Below, piece by piece: positions 49,390 to 61,111 of a stretch of DNA of 64,000 nt (within the stretch, counting starts at the first letter, position 1; every line of letters begins with the position of its first letter). Where the stretch lies: contig NC_086108.1 in the NCBI RefSeq assembly GCF_963921235.1, positions 114,640,001-114,704,000 on the forward strand. Reading direction: 5' to 3'. This stretch comes from Mobula hypostoma (Eukaryota). A program made the translations under genes and the position numbers. Under the pieces are notes generated by a model that saw nothing but the letters and a program-made list of their open reading frames with translations, did no database searches and was not told the DNA's origin.

Positions 49390-52300
49390 AGAGGTGGGGG
49401 TGTGACACTGTTGGTCAGAGATAGTGTTACGGCTGCAGAAAAGGAGGACACGCTGGGGGGATTGTCTACGGAGTCTGTCTGTATCTTGTTTTACGGCGGT
49501 TGGCATCCAGCTTAATGGTGTATTACCGCCACTTGTCTATGGAGTCTCTGTGGGTGGAGATTAAGAACAAGAAGGGGCCAATAACTTTACTGGGTGTTTT
49601 TTATAGACTGTCCAATAGTAACAGGGAATAGTAACAGCAGACCGATTGAATAACTACTTTGGTTCTGTCATCACTAAGGAGGACATAAATAATCTTCCGG
49701 AAATAGTAGGGGACCGAGGGACAGGGAGGGGAAAGGGAGGCATTTATATCAAATATAAAAGAGTGTTGCAGTTACTAGGGTAGGTAATGGAAACAGAAGA
49801 GAGGAAATTGTGTGGCCTAGGTTAAGGCTGGGGCATTGTGCATTAAACAAAACATTGAAAATGATAGGGAAACACCAGACAGGATTGTGTGAGGAATGTC
49901 AGGAAGAGGAGTCAGTAGAACATGTAGTTTTGTGTTGTAGGAAGTATGGGATACAGAGAGAGATGATGAGAAATAAATTAAGGGAGTTGGGGATGCAGGA
50001 ATTCACATTAAAAGCGTTGCTGGGCATGGGTGAGAGAGCACAAGTCCGGGTATTTTTAGCGTTTTTAAGGGGTACAGGGGTTTTTTATAGAATATGACGA
50101 ATAAACAGGAATAGGATACTATGATGGTCAAAGATGGGAGGGTGAAGTGTAGGTTTGTATATATATATGTGTGTGAGAGATTGGGTGAAGGAATTTAGAC
50201 TGTATGTCTAGTGCACATTCTGGAGCAGAGGGTGGCGGTAATGCACCATTAAGCTGGATGCCAACCGCTGTAAAACAAGATACAGACAGACAGTAGGGGA
50301 CCGAGGGTCTAGTGAGATGGAGGAACTGAGGGAAATACATGTTAGTAGGGAAGTGGTGTTAGGAAAATTGAAGGGATTGAAGGCAGATAAATCCCCAGGG
50401 CCAGATGGTCTGCATCCCAGAGTGCTTAAGGAAGTAGCCCAAGAAATAGTGGATGCATTAGTGATAATTTTTCAAAACTCTTTAGATTCTGGATTAGTTC
50501 CTGAGGATTGGAGGGTGGCTAATGTAACCCTGCTTTTTAAAAAAGGAGGGAGAGAGAAACCGGGGAATTATAGACTGGTAAGCCTGACATCGGTGGTGGG
50601 GAAAATGCTAGAGTCAGTTATCAAAGATGTGATAACAGCACGTTTGGAAAGCGGTGAAATCATCGGACGAAGTCTGCATGGATTTGTGAAAGGAAAATCA
50701 TGTCTGACGAATCTCATAGAATTTTTTGAGGATGTAAGTAGTAGAGTGGATAGGGGAGAACCAGTGGATGTGGTATATTTGGATTTTCAAAAGGCTTTTG
50801 ACAACGTCCCACACAGGAGATTAGTGTGCAAACTTAAAGCACATGGTATTGGGGGTATGGTATTGATGTGGATAGAGAATTGGTTGGCAGACAAGAGAAA
50901 AAGAGTGGAAATAAATGGGACCTTTTCAGAATGGCAGGCAATGACTAGTGGGGTACTGCAAGGCTCAGTGCTGGGACCCCAGTTGTTTACAATATATATT
51001 AATGACTTAGACAAGGGAATTAAATGCAGTATCTCCAAATTTGTGGATGACATGGAGCTGGGCGACAGTGTTAGCTGTGAGGAAGATGCTAAGAGGATGC
51101 AGGGTGACTTGGATAGGTTAGGTGAGTGGGCAAATTCATGGCAGATGCAATTTAGTGTGGATAAATGTGAGTTTATCCACTTTGGTGGCAAGAACAGGAA
51201 AACAGATTTTTATCTGAATGGTGGCCGATTAGGAAAAGGGGAGGTGCAACGAGACCTGGGTGTCATTGTACACCAGTCATTGAAAGTGGGCATGCAGGTA
51301 CAGCAGGCGGTGAAAAAGGTGAATGGTATGCTGGCATTTATAGCGAGAGGATTCGAGTACAGGAGCAGGGAGGTACTACTGCAGTTGTACAAGGCCTTGG
51401 TGAGACCACACCTGGAGTATTGTGTGCAGTTTTAGTCCCCTAATCTGAGGAAAGACATTCTTGCCATAGAGGGAGAACAAAGAAGTTCACCAGATTGATT
51501 CCTGGGATGGCAGGACTTTCATATGATGAAAGACTGGATCGACTAGGCTTATACTGTCTGGAATTTAGAAGATTAAGGGGGGATCTTATTGAAATGTATA
51601 AAATTCCAAAGGGATTGGACAGGCTAGATGCAGAAAGATTGTTCCCGATGTTGGGGAAGTCCAGAACGGGGGGTCACAGTTTGAGGATAAAGGGGAAGCC
51701 TTTTAGGACCGAGATGAGGAAAAACTTCTTCACACAGAGAGTGGTGAATCTGTGGAATTCTCTGCCACAGGAAACAGTTGAGGCCAGTTCATTGGCTATA
51801 TTTAAGAGGGAGTTAGATATGGCCCTTATGGCTAAAGGGATCAGGGGGTATGGAGAGAAGGCAGGTACAGGGTTCTGAGTTGGATGATCAGCCATGATCA
51901 TACTGAATGGTGGTGCGTGCTCGAGGGGCGAATGGCCTACTCCTGCACCTATTTTCTATGTTTCTAACAGGGATATTGAGGGGCAGATAGGGAAACAGAT
52001 CCTGGAAAGGTGTAGTAATAACAGAGTTGTCGTGATGAGAGATTTTAATTTCTCAAATATGATGGGGTGGAGTTTGTTAGGTGGGTTCAGGAAGGTTTCT
52101 TGACACAATATGTAAATAAGCCTACAAGAGGAGAGACTATACTTGATTTGGTATTGAGAAATGAACCTGGTCAGGTGTCAGATCTCTCAGTGGGAGAGCA
52201 TTATGGAGACAGTGATCATAATTCTGTCTCCTTTACAATAGCATTGGAGAGAGATAGGAACAGACAAGATAGAAAAGTGTTTAATTGGAGTAAGGGGAAT

Positions 52301-54450
52301 TATGAGGCTATCAGGTGTCATAATTGGAAGCTTAAATTGGAAACAGATGTTCTCAGGGAAAAGTATGGAAGAAATGTGACAAATGTTCAGGGGATATTTG
52401 TATGGAGTTCTGCATAGGTACCTTCCAATGAGACGGAAGTTATGGTAGGGTACAGGAACCGTGGTGTACAAAGGGCTGTAATAAATCTAGTCAAGAAGAA
52501 AAGAAAAGCTTACAAAAGGTTCAGAGAGCTAGGTAATGTTAGAGATCTAGAAGATTATAAGGGTAATAGGAAGAAGCTTAAGAAAGAAATTAGGAGAGCC
52601 AGAAGGGGCAATGAGAAGGTCTTGGTGGGCAGGATTAAGAAAAAACCCAAAGCATTCTACAAGTATTTGAAAAGCAAGAGGTTTAGACGTGAAATAATAG
52701 GACTTATCAAGTGTGACAGTGGGAAAGTGTGTATGGAACCAGAGGAAATAGCAGAGTTACTTAATAAATGCTTTACTTCAGTATTCACTATGGAAAAGGA
52801 TCTTGGTGATTGTAGTGATGACTTGCAGCAGACTGAAAAGCTTGAGCATGTAGATATTAATAAAGAGGATGTGCTGGAGCTTTTGGAAAGCAGCGAGTTG
52901 GATAAGTCGCCGGGACCGGATGAGGTGTACCCCAGGCTACTGTGGGAGGCAAGGGAAGAGATTGCTGAGCCCTTGGTGATGATCTTTGCATCATCAATGG
53001 GGACGGGAGAGGTTTCGGAGGATTGGAGGGTTGCGGATGTTGTTCCTTTATTCAGGGAAGGGAATAGAGATAGCCCAGGAAGTTATAGACCAGTGAGTCT
53101 TACCTCAGTGGTTGGTAAGTTGATAGAGAAGATCCTGAGAGGCAGGATTATGAACATTTGGAGAGGTATAATATGATTAGGAATAGTCAGCATGGCTTTG
53201 TTAAAGGCAGGTCGTGCCTTACGAGCCTGATTGAATTCTTTGGGGATGTGACTAAACACATTAATGAGGGAAGAGTAGTAGATGTAGTGTATATGGATTT
53301 CAGCAAGGCATTTGATAAGGTACCCCACGCAAGGCTTATTGAGAAAGTAAGGAGGCATGGGATCCAAGGGGACATTGCTTTGTGGATCCAGAACTGGCTT
53401 GCCCACAGAAGGCAAAGAGTGGTTGTAGATGGATCATATTCTGCATGGAGGTCGGTGACCAGTGGTGTGCCTCAGGGATCCGTTCTGGGACCCTTACTCT
53501 TCGTGATTTTTATAAATGACCTGGATGACGAAATGGAGGGATGGGTTAGTAAGTTTACTGATGACACAAAGGTTGGAGGTGTTATGGATAGTGCGGGGGG
53601 CTGTCAGAGGTTACAGCAGGACATTGATAGGATGCAAAACTGGGCTGAGAAGTGGCAGATGGAGTTCAACCCAGATAAGTGTGAGGTGGTTCATTTTGGT
53701 AGGTCAAATACAATGGTAGAATGTAGTATTAATGTTAAGACTTTTGGCAGTGAGGGGGATCAGAGGGATCTTGGGGTCTGAGTCCATAGGACGCTCGAAG
53801 CAGCTGTGCAGGTTGACTCTGTGGTTAAGAAGGCGTACGATGTATTGGCGTTCATCAATCATGGAATTGAATTTAGGAGCCGAGAGGTCATGTTGCAGCT
53901 ATTTAGGACCCTGGTCAGTCCCCACTTGGAGTACTGTGCCCATTTCTGGTCGCCTCACTACAGGAAGGATGTGGAAGCCATAGAAAGGGTGCAGAGGAGA
54001 TTTACAAGGATTTTGCTTGGATTGGGGAGCATGCCTTATAAGAATAGGTTGAGTGAACTTGGCCTTTTCTCCTTGGAGCGACGGAGGATGAGAGGTGACC
54101 TCATAGAGGTCTATAAGATGATGAGAGGCATTGATTGTGTTGATAGAGGCTTTTTTCCAGGGCTGAAATGGCTGCCACAAGAGGACACAGGTTTAAGGTG
54201 CTGGGGAGTAGGTACAGAGGAGATGTCAGGGTTAAGTTTTTTTACTCGGAGAGTGGTGAGTGTGTGGAATGGGCTGCCGGCAACGGTGGTGGAGGCGGAT
54301 ACGATAGGGTCTTTTAAGAGACTTTTGAGAGACATGGAGCTTAGAAAAATAGAGGACTGTAGGTAAGCCTAGTAATTTCTAAGGTAGGGACATGTTCAGC
54401 ACAACTTTGTGAGCTGAAGGGCTTGTATTGTGCTGCAGGTTTTCTATGTT
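49390..54450 (+). mobile_element. Older CR1 LINE in FPGT intron 1, interrupted by young CR1 family A (49637-51965) and two I/Nimb-like insertions
   Basis: Host endonuclease DNA breaks at about 49630 and resumes at about 51966 (TAACAGGGA on both sides). Host ORFs are 52442..53176, 53158..53781 and 53806..54366. Family A ORFs are 50317..51435 and 51495..51878. Confidence 0.88.
49721..50291 (+). mobile_element. 5'-truncated I-group (Nimb/Ingi-like) LINE with 16-bp TSD
   Basis: ORF 49810..50097 RLRLGHCALN...CEECQEEESVEHVVLCC is a CCHC-type C-terminus, and the tail is (ACAG)n. TSD AGTAGGGGACCGAGGG at 49705-49720 and 50292-50307. Confidence 0.8.
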
Positions 54451-54504
54451 TCTCCCCTCCCCTCTCCCCCACCCCCACTCCAACCCTCGCCCTCTACCCT
54501 ACCC

Positions 54505-54626
54505 TACTCCAACCCTTCCCTTCACCCCCCCAACCCTTCACCCCCCCAACCCTTCACCCCCCCAACCCTTCACCGCCCCCAACCCTTCACCCCCACCAAC
54601 CCTTCACCCCCCCAACCCTTCCCCCC
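54505..54626. repeat. C-rich tandem repeat of about 16 bp (CCCCCCCAACCCTTCA)
   Basis: Directly visible, about 100 nt upstream of FPGT exon 2. Confidence 0.9.
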
Positions 54627-54721
54627 CACTCCAGCCCACCGGCCCCTGTTTCTCTGTCCTTTTGCCCCTCCATTAACACTCTCACCTCTTGCTGATAATG
54701 CCCTTCTGTTGTGCTTGGCAG

Positions 54722-54889
54722 GGCAGGAGGTGAGGCCGGGTGAGTTCTGGGATGCAGTGATCATTACTGCTGCCGACGGAGAACAGGAGTATGCATTTCT
54801 TCAGCAGATCGCCAGCAAGCTGGAGAGGAGGGAGCTCCCCCTTGGAGTTCGCTATCATGTTTTCGCTGATCCAGTGGGACCAAAGATTG
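54722..54889 (+). CDS. FPGT: FPGT coding exon 2 ([57 protein letters not shown])
   Basis: Acceptor ttggcag| and donor ATTG|GTATGA. 168 nt, phase 1 to 1. Strong similarity to vertebrate FPGT (FWDxVxITAAD...ELPLGVxYHVFxDPxGxKIG). Confidence 0.95.
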
Positions 54890-55639
54890 GTATGAACAAG
54901 CCCGGGTGCAGGATGGCATTTGAACTAAACCTTGGCAGATCTCTGCCTGGTTAAGTGTGGAGCTCAGGTTGGTTACTACACTCGGGGAGTATGCAGAGGA
55001 GGTTTTCCAGTAAATGAGCGCAGGAATCGACCATGCTAAGGCTTTATAAGGCGTTGGTCAGACCACATTTGCAGTATTGTGAGCAGCTTTGGGCCCCTTT
55101 TCTAAGAAAAGATGTTCTGGCATTGGAGCGGATCAAGAGAGGATTCACAGGAATAATTCCAGGAATGAAAGGGTTATCGTATGAGGAGTGTTTGATGGCT
55201 CTGGGCCTGTACTTGCTGAAGTTTAGAGTAATCAAATTCCTAACTCTGTCATCACCACTCGACAAGGTCACAGCTGATCCATTCTTCCTAAACTTTAGCT
55301 CCAACATCTCTCAAGTAGCTTAACTCAAGCCAGGGCAAAGAGCCCATTTGATCAGCACTGCATCAATACCACCCTCCTGAACATTCATTCCCTCTTCAAC
55401 CAAATACACTGCAGCTACTCATCCAGCCTATTCTGACGGATACTCCCAAATCCACCAGCTCTACCTTCAGAAGAAAATGACAGCAGTTTCTCTTCAAATC
55501 CCAAATAATCCTGATTATCACTGGGGTTAAACTTCCGAACTCCCTCCCTACCAGCACTGTGAGGGCATCATCACCAGAAGTACAGCAGCGGTTCCTGAAG
55601 GCAGCTCAGCAGGAAGTACAGCCAGGTGGTATGTGAGAC

Positions 55640-56208
55640 CAGGTGAGGGGAGAGGGGAAAGTGTACAAGCTGCAGGTGAGGGGGAGGGTGGGTGTGACGG
55701 GGAGAGGGGAAAGTGTACAAGTTGCAAGTGAGAGGGAGAGGGGAAAGTCTACAAGCTGCAGGTGACGGGGAGAGGGGAAAGTGTACAAGCTGCAGGTGAG
55801 GGGGAGCTGGGTGTGTTGGGGAGAGGGGAAAGTGTACAACCTGGAGGTGAGGGGGAGAGGGGAAAGTGTACAAGCTGGCAGAGAAGGGAATGTGTACAAC
55901 CTGGAGGTGAGGGGGAGAGGGGAAAGTGTACAAGCTGCAGGTGAGGGGGAGAGGAGTGTGTTGGGGAGAGGGGAAAGTGTACAACCTGGAGGTGAGGGGG
56001 AGAGGGGAAAGTGTACAAGCTGGCAGAGAAGGGAATGTGTACAACCTGGAGGTGAGGGGGAGAGGGGAAAGTGTACAAGCTGCAGGTGAGGGGGAGCTGG
56101 GTGTGTTGGGGAGAGGGGAAAGTGTACAACCTGGAGGTGAGAGGGAGAGGGGAAAGTGTACAAGCTGCAGGTGAGGGGGAGAGGGGAAAGTGTACAAGTT
56201 GCAGGTGA
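55640..56208. repeat. G-rich compound minisatellite (GGTGAGGGGGAGAGGGGAAAGTGTACAAGCTGCA-like units) with about 145-bp higher-order period
   Basis: Directly visible. Near-identical translated blocks start at 55781 and 55926. Confidence 0.9.
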
Positions 56209-56523
56209 TATGTGAGATCAGATGGGTGTGTGGGGGTGAGGGGATGAAATGAGAAGCTGGAAGTTGATGGGTGGAAGGAGTAAAGGAGAGGACAGTGGAC
56301 CACGAAAGGAAAGGGAAGGAGAGATGGCAGCGGAGGGAAGTGATGGGTAGGTGAGGATAGGACTTCCACCAGTCCTCTGTTACACTACTGAAACCAGCCT
56401 TCCCTCGATTCAAGACTTTTCCTTGAGGACTAACCTTATTCCTTTTTGCTAACTGTGGTAGGGTCTTGAACTAACTGCCATGGAAGTATGGAAGAAATGT
56501 TGATCATTGTTCTCTTTACTCAG

Positions 56524-56616
56524 GAAATGGAGGATCTACACTTCACGCTCTCCTTCGATTGGAAAAACTCTATGGAGATCAGTTGGATGGCTTCAGAATT
56601 CTATTAATCCATGCTG
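56524..56616 (+). CDS. FPGT: FPGT coding exon 3 (GNGGSTLHALLRLEKLYGDQLDGFRILLIHA-G)
   Basis: Acceptor tctctttactcag| and donor GCTG|GTAAAC. 93 nt, phase 1 to 1. Carries the GNGGSTL and ILLIHxG motifs of FPGT/fucokinase-type nucleotidyltransferases. Confidence 0.95.
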
Positions 56617-57454
56617 GTAAACATAATCATGGTTTTACTCAATGCCAGTGGTTCAAAGGGAAGATCTTTAAGTTAGCTGAAAATCCAAATAAAACAGCAA
56701 ATCCTGGGAGCGCTCAGCAGGTCAGTTCAGGCAGCATCTTTGGAGAGAGAAACAGTTAATGTTTCAAGCTGAAGACATAGTAACGCAGAAGATAAACACG
56801 AGATTCTGCAGATACTGGAAAACTTGAGCAACTTGCACAAAGTGCTAGAGGTAGTCAGCAGGTCAGGCAGCATCTGTGGAGGGGAATAAACAGTATGTTT
56901 TGATGCTGTGTGAGTCAGAATTTGTCACATTTACAAGAACATATAGGAGCAGAAATTAGGTCATTTGGCCCATTGAGTCTGCTCCGCCATTCCATCATGG
57001 TTGATTTATTATCCCCCTCAACCCCATTCCCCTGCCTTCTCTCATAACTTTTAACAAATCAAGAACCTAGCAACCTCCACTTTAAATATACCCAATGACT
57101 TGGCCTCCACAACCATCTGGCAATAAATTCCACAGATTCACCAACCTCTAGCGAAATAAATTCCTACTCATCTTTGTTCTAAAGGGATGTCCCTCAATTC
57201 TGAGGCTGTGCCTTCTGGTCCTAAACTTCCCCACTATCGGAAATATCCTCTCCACATCCACTCTGTCTAGGCCTTTCAATATTCAATAGGTTTCAACGAG
57301 ATCATAAATACTGAAATGTACCGTGAAATGCATCATTTATGTCAACAACCAACACAATCCGAGAATATGCTGGAGGGTCAGTGAATGTGCTCACCCTGCA
57401 TCTGGTGCCAACACAGCGTGCCCACAACTCACTAGCCCTGACCCGATGTCTGGT

Positions 57455-57598
57455 ATGTGGGAGGAAACTGGAGGAAACCCACGTGGTGATGGGGAGAACA
57501 TACAAAGTCCTTACAGACAGCAGTGGGAAATGAACCCTGATCGGTGATCCCTGGCACTATAAAGATTTACACTAACCACTACACTACTGTACTGCCCT
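57455..57598 (-). mobile_element. tRNA-derived V-SINE/HE1-like SINE fragment (related pieces at about 15860-16010 and 58610-58730)
   Basis: The - strand has GTAGTGTAGTGGTTAG (A-box-like), GGTTCATTTCC (B-box-like) and TGTATGTTCTCCCC..GTGGGTTTCCTCC. Confidence 0.6.
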
Positions 57599-58767
57599 TG
57601 CTCAGTTTCTCCAATATTTTGTGTATTGCTCAGTAGTGCAGAAAGGTTCCCAATCTGACGGAGAGAACTGCCAGTGGACCTGAAGTGTGGGATGATACTC
57701 CAGCTGGAGCATGAGTTGATGAGCATTCACATGATGTGTCTCCCTAATTAGCCGATGATGTGTTGGTTGCTGCACAATGTCCTGACCCCACCCTGCAGAA
57801 CCAGTGAAAGTGTCCTCATCCACAATGACCAGCAATGAGGATCAGCAGCTTTTCCAACAGATGTTACACAACATCAGGTACCACATGCCATCCATTGAAC
57901 ATCTGGCTCTGTGCCACTCAACATCTGGTACTGAGTGCCAATCACATAGCATCAGTGAAGAGAAACAGTGTTTCTTTACCACAGAACCTTTCTGAATGAC
58001 GCAATGTTATTGATCCTGCTATACATTTTGTGATCTGTGCTGTAGATGATAAGTCAAGACTTCTCTTCCCTCCTTTTCTCATCAGTTAAATGGGAGACTA
58101 ATAAAGGCCAACACACTATGTAGCTTCTTAACAACCCGATCAACTTGGCTGCAATTTTGAGGAATCTATTAACTCTGAATTCTGCCTTCAAATTCGATAT
58201 TCAAAGTGAAGTGATTCAGTTTGGAGGGTCAAAATTCAAGGCAGAATACTCTGCCTTCAAACTCTGGTTAGGCAATACTTGGAATATTGTGTTCTGTTCC
58301 AGTCTCCTCACTATAGGAAGGATGTGAAAGCTTTAGAAAGGATGCAGAGGAGATTTACCAGGATGCTGCCTGGATTGGAGATCATGTCTTATGTGGATGG
58401 GTTGCGTGTGCTAGGGCTTTTCTCTTTGGAGTGAAGCAGGGTGAGAGAAGACTTGATAAAGGTGTACAAAATGTTGAGGCACATAAATCGAGTGGACAGT
58501 CAGAGACTTTCCCAGGGCATAAATGGCTAATACGAGGGGGCATAATTTTAAGGTGATTGGACGAGGTATCGGGGATTGGGATGTCAGAAGTAGGTGTTTT
58601 TTTTTAATCAGAATGGTAGTGTTATTGCCTCACAGCTCCAGATACTCCGATTCAGTCCCGATCTCTATCTTCATGTTCTCCCTTTGAGCACATGGGTTTC
58701 CTCCTGGTTTTAACGTCTCTGCCCACATCCCAGAGAGGGGTAACTCAGCAGATTGAACCATGTCAAT

Positions 58768-59335
58768 CTAGGTAGCCTCCAACCTGATCAATCACTCCAA
58801 CTTCTGATAATTTTTTCCTTCTCCTCCTTTCCTCTTCTTCTATTCCTACTCTGGCCTCTTCTCATCTGCTTATTACCTTCCCGGTGCCCTTCCTCCTTTC
58901 TCACGTAGTCCACTCTCCTGTCCTACCAAATTCCTTCTTCTCTAGCCCTTTACCTTTTTTTTTACCAGCTTTTCATTTACTGGCTTTTCACTTGGCTTCA
59001 CCTTATCACCTTCTAGCTTGTCCTCCTCCTCTTCTCCCACCCCCACCACCTTATTTTGGCTTTATCCCCCTTCCTTTCCAGTCTTGGCCAGAAATGTCGA
59101 CTGCTTATACATTTTCATAGATGCTGTCTGACCTGCTGAGTTCCTCCAGCATTTTGTGTGTGTTACTCTGGATTTCCAGTATCTGCAGGATCTCTTGTGT
59201 TTACGAATTGTCGATGTTTTGGTTAAAAGCTCTTCTGCATCAGAATTCCTTTTCTCCCACAAGTGCTGCTCAACCTGCTGAGTTCTTTGGCAGATTGTTT
59301 ATTGCTCCAGATTCCTGTAATTGCAGTCTCGTTTA
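58768..59335 (+). mobile_element. Penelope-like 3' remnant(s) in FPGT intron 3
   Basis: GGTAGCCTCCAACCTGAT, as at 7222, then a pyrimidine tract, an internally deleted hammerhead region (CAGTC..GAAATGTCGACTG) and the GAGTTCCTCCAGCATTTTG module. Confidence 0.65.
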
Positions 59336-59534
59336 TCTGTGGGTTAATTGGCCTCTGTAACTTGTCCCCAGTGTGCAGGTGCGTGGTGGAATCTGCAGGG
59401 AGTGGGTGGGAGTGTAGGAAGAACGAAATGGGATCAGTTTAGGATTAGTGTCAATGGATAATTGATAGCCAGCGCAGACTGGAGGGGCCTTGTGGCCTGT
59501 TTCTACACTGTTTCACTCTGACTCTCTCCTGCAG

Positions 59535-60952
59535 GGGGATATAGCCAGCGTTTACTGAGTGCTAGTGCACTGGGGAAGATCTTCATGGCTCTGCCTCTGG
59601 GTGAGCCTGTCTACCAGATGTTGGAGCTCAAACTGGCAATGTACATCGACTTCCCTGTGCACATGAAACCTGGGGTGTTAGTGACATGTGCCGACGATAT
59701 TGAGCTCTACAGCGTCCTCGGGGCCAAGGCAGTTTGCTTCGACAGGCCTGGGTTCACTGCCTTGGCTCACCCATCCCCGCTGTCCATCGGCACCACGCAC
59801 GGCGTCTTTGCCCTGGAACCTGGCTCATGGGTCAACGGACAGCCAGAACTGGAGTACAGACTCTGCCACCGCTTCCTGCACAAGCCCAGTGTGGAGACGA
59901 TGTGGGAGGCTGGTGTGGTGTTCCCCTCAGCCCGGGGGCAGGCCTCCAGTGGGGACACGGAGCCTGGGCACTTTGTCTACACTGACAGTGTCTTCTATTT
60001 TGATCGCATGATAGCCAGGCGGCTGCTGACCATGCTGGAGGAGATGGGCCCTGTTGGCTGTGAGATTGATGCATATGGTGACTTTCTACAGGCGCTAGGG
60101 CCTGGAGCTGTAACAGAGGCCACTGGATCTAAGGTAGACATCAAGCAGGAGCTCCCAGCATTCAGGCAGAAGATCGCTGCCTCACTCTGGGGGACACCGC
60201 TCCATGTAGCCACGCTTAACAACTCTGTCTTCTACCATCTGGGCACAGCATGGGAGTACCTGTGTCACCTCACGGCTGAAGGGAGTTTGAGGGAGCATCT
60301 GGGGCTAACACCCAGCCCTGATGGGTTCTCCCAGCTCCCTCCAAAGGTGGGAGGCATGGTCCCCTGCATCATGGGAAGCCTGCTGGGGCCCAGGTGCCTC
60401 GTCTCACCTGGCAGCGTGGTGGAATATTCACGGTTGGAGGCACATGTCACCGTGGGTCCCAATTCCATCGTCAGTGGGTGCTGCCTGGGTGAGGGCACCA
60501 CAGTGCCACCAAGTACCTTCCTGGTCTCGCTGAGTGTTCCAGGGGGCTTTGTCACAGCCATCCTTGGCACGGATGATGATGTGAAGCGCACCGCTCCATC
60601 TCTGTCGGAGATTGGCCATTTGCATCTGCTGGGCCTCGATCTCGGGGAGGTTGCCAGACGCTTGGGACTGGCCGTCTCTGAGAGTCTTTTCTCCGGGGCT
60701 GGAAAAGCCAAGCTCACGCTGTGGAATGCCAGAGTTTTTCCAAGCTCGCGAGTGAGTGCTGAAGACTCGGTAGCGGCGGCCCTGCAGATGTTGGAAGTGT
60801 TGAGGAGTCCCTTGGCTCCTCCACTCAGCAGTGATGATCAGCGACTGTCCATCGAGGAAATGCTTCAGCACAAGGACGTGCAGAGCATGCTGAAGTTCAG
60901 GCAGCAGCTGTTGCAGGACATTGCCTCGGAGAGGTACCAGCAGGGAAAATAA
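59535..60952 (+). CDS. FPGT: FPGT last coding exon (GGYSQRLLSASALGKIFMALPLG...QQGK*). Spliced CDS is 1782 nt, 593 aa.
   Basis: Acceptor ctctcctgcag|. Includes ORF 59585..60952 with YQMLELKLAMYIDFP, VTCADDIELY, GFTALAHPS, IGTTHGVF, FLHKPS and CEIDAYGDFLQALGPGA, all diagnostic of FPGT. Exon phases join into one frame. Confidence 0.97.
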
Positions 60953-61111
60953 TGTCTACCTTAAATATGGGTCACGATTCTGAATCACTTTACCAACCTT
61001 TGACAAATTGCAAGTGCCTTTTATTTCACCAAAAGACAGAGCTGAGACAATATCGGTTCCTGTTGTGAATCCAAACAACTGAATGTTCTTGCCAATGTTC
61101 TGTAAGTTCCT

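Noticed and set aside
55571..56413. ORFs of 185-280 aa on the - strand
   Set aside because: They are produced by the G-rich minisatellite.
59688..60871. Alternative-frame and antisense ORFs over FPGT exon 4
   Set aside because: Shadow ORFs of a GC-rich coding exon.
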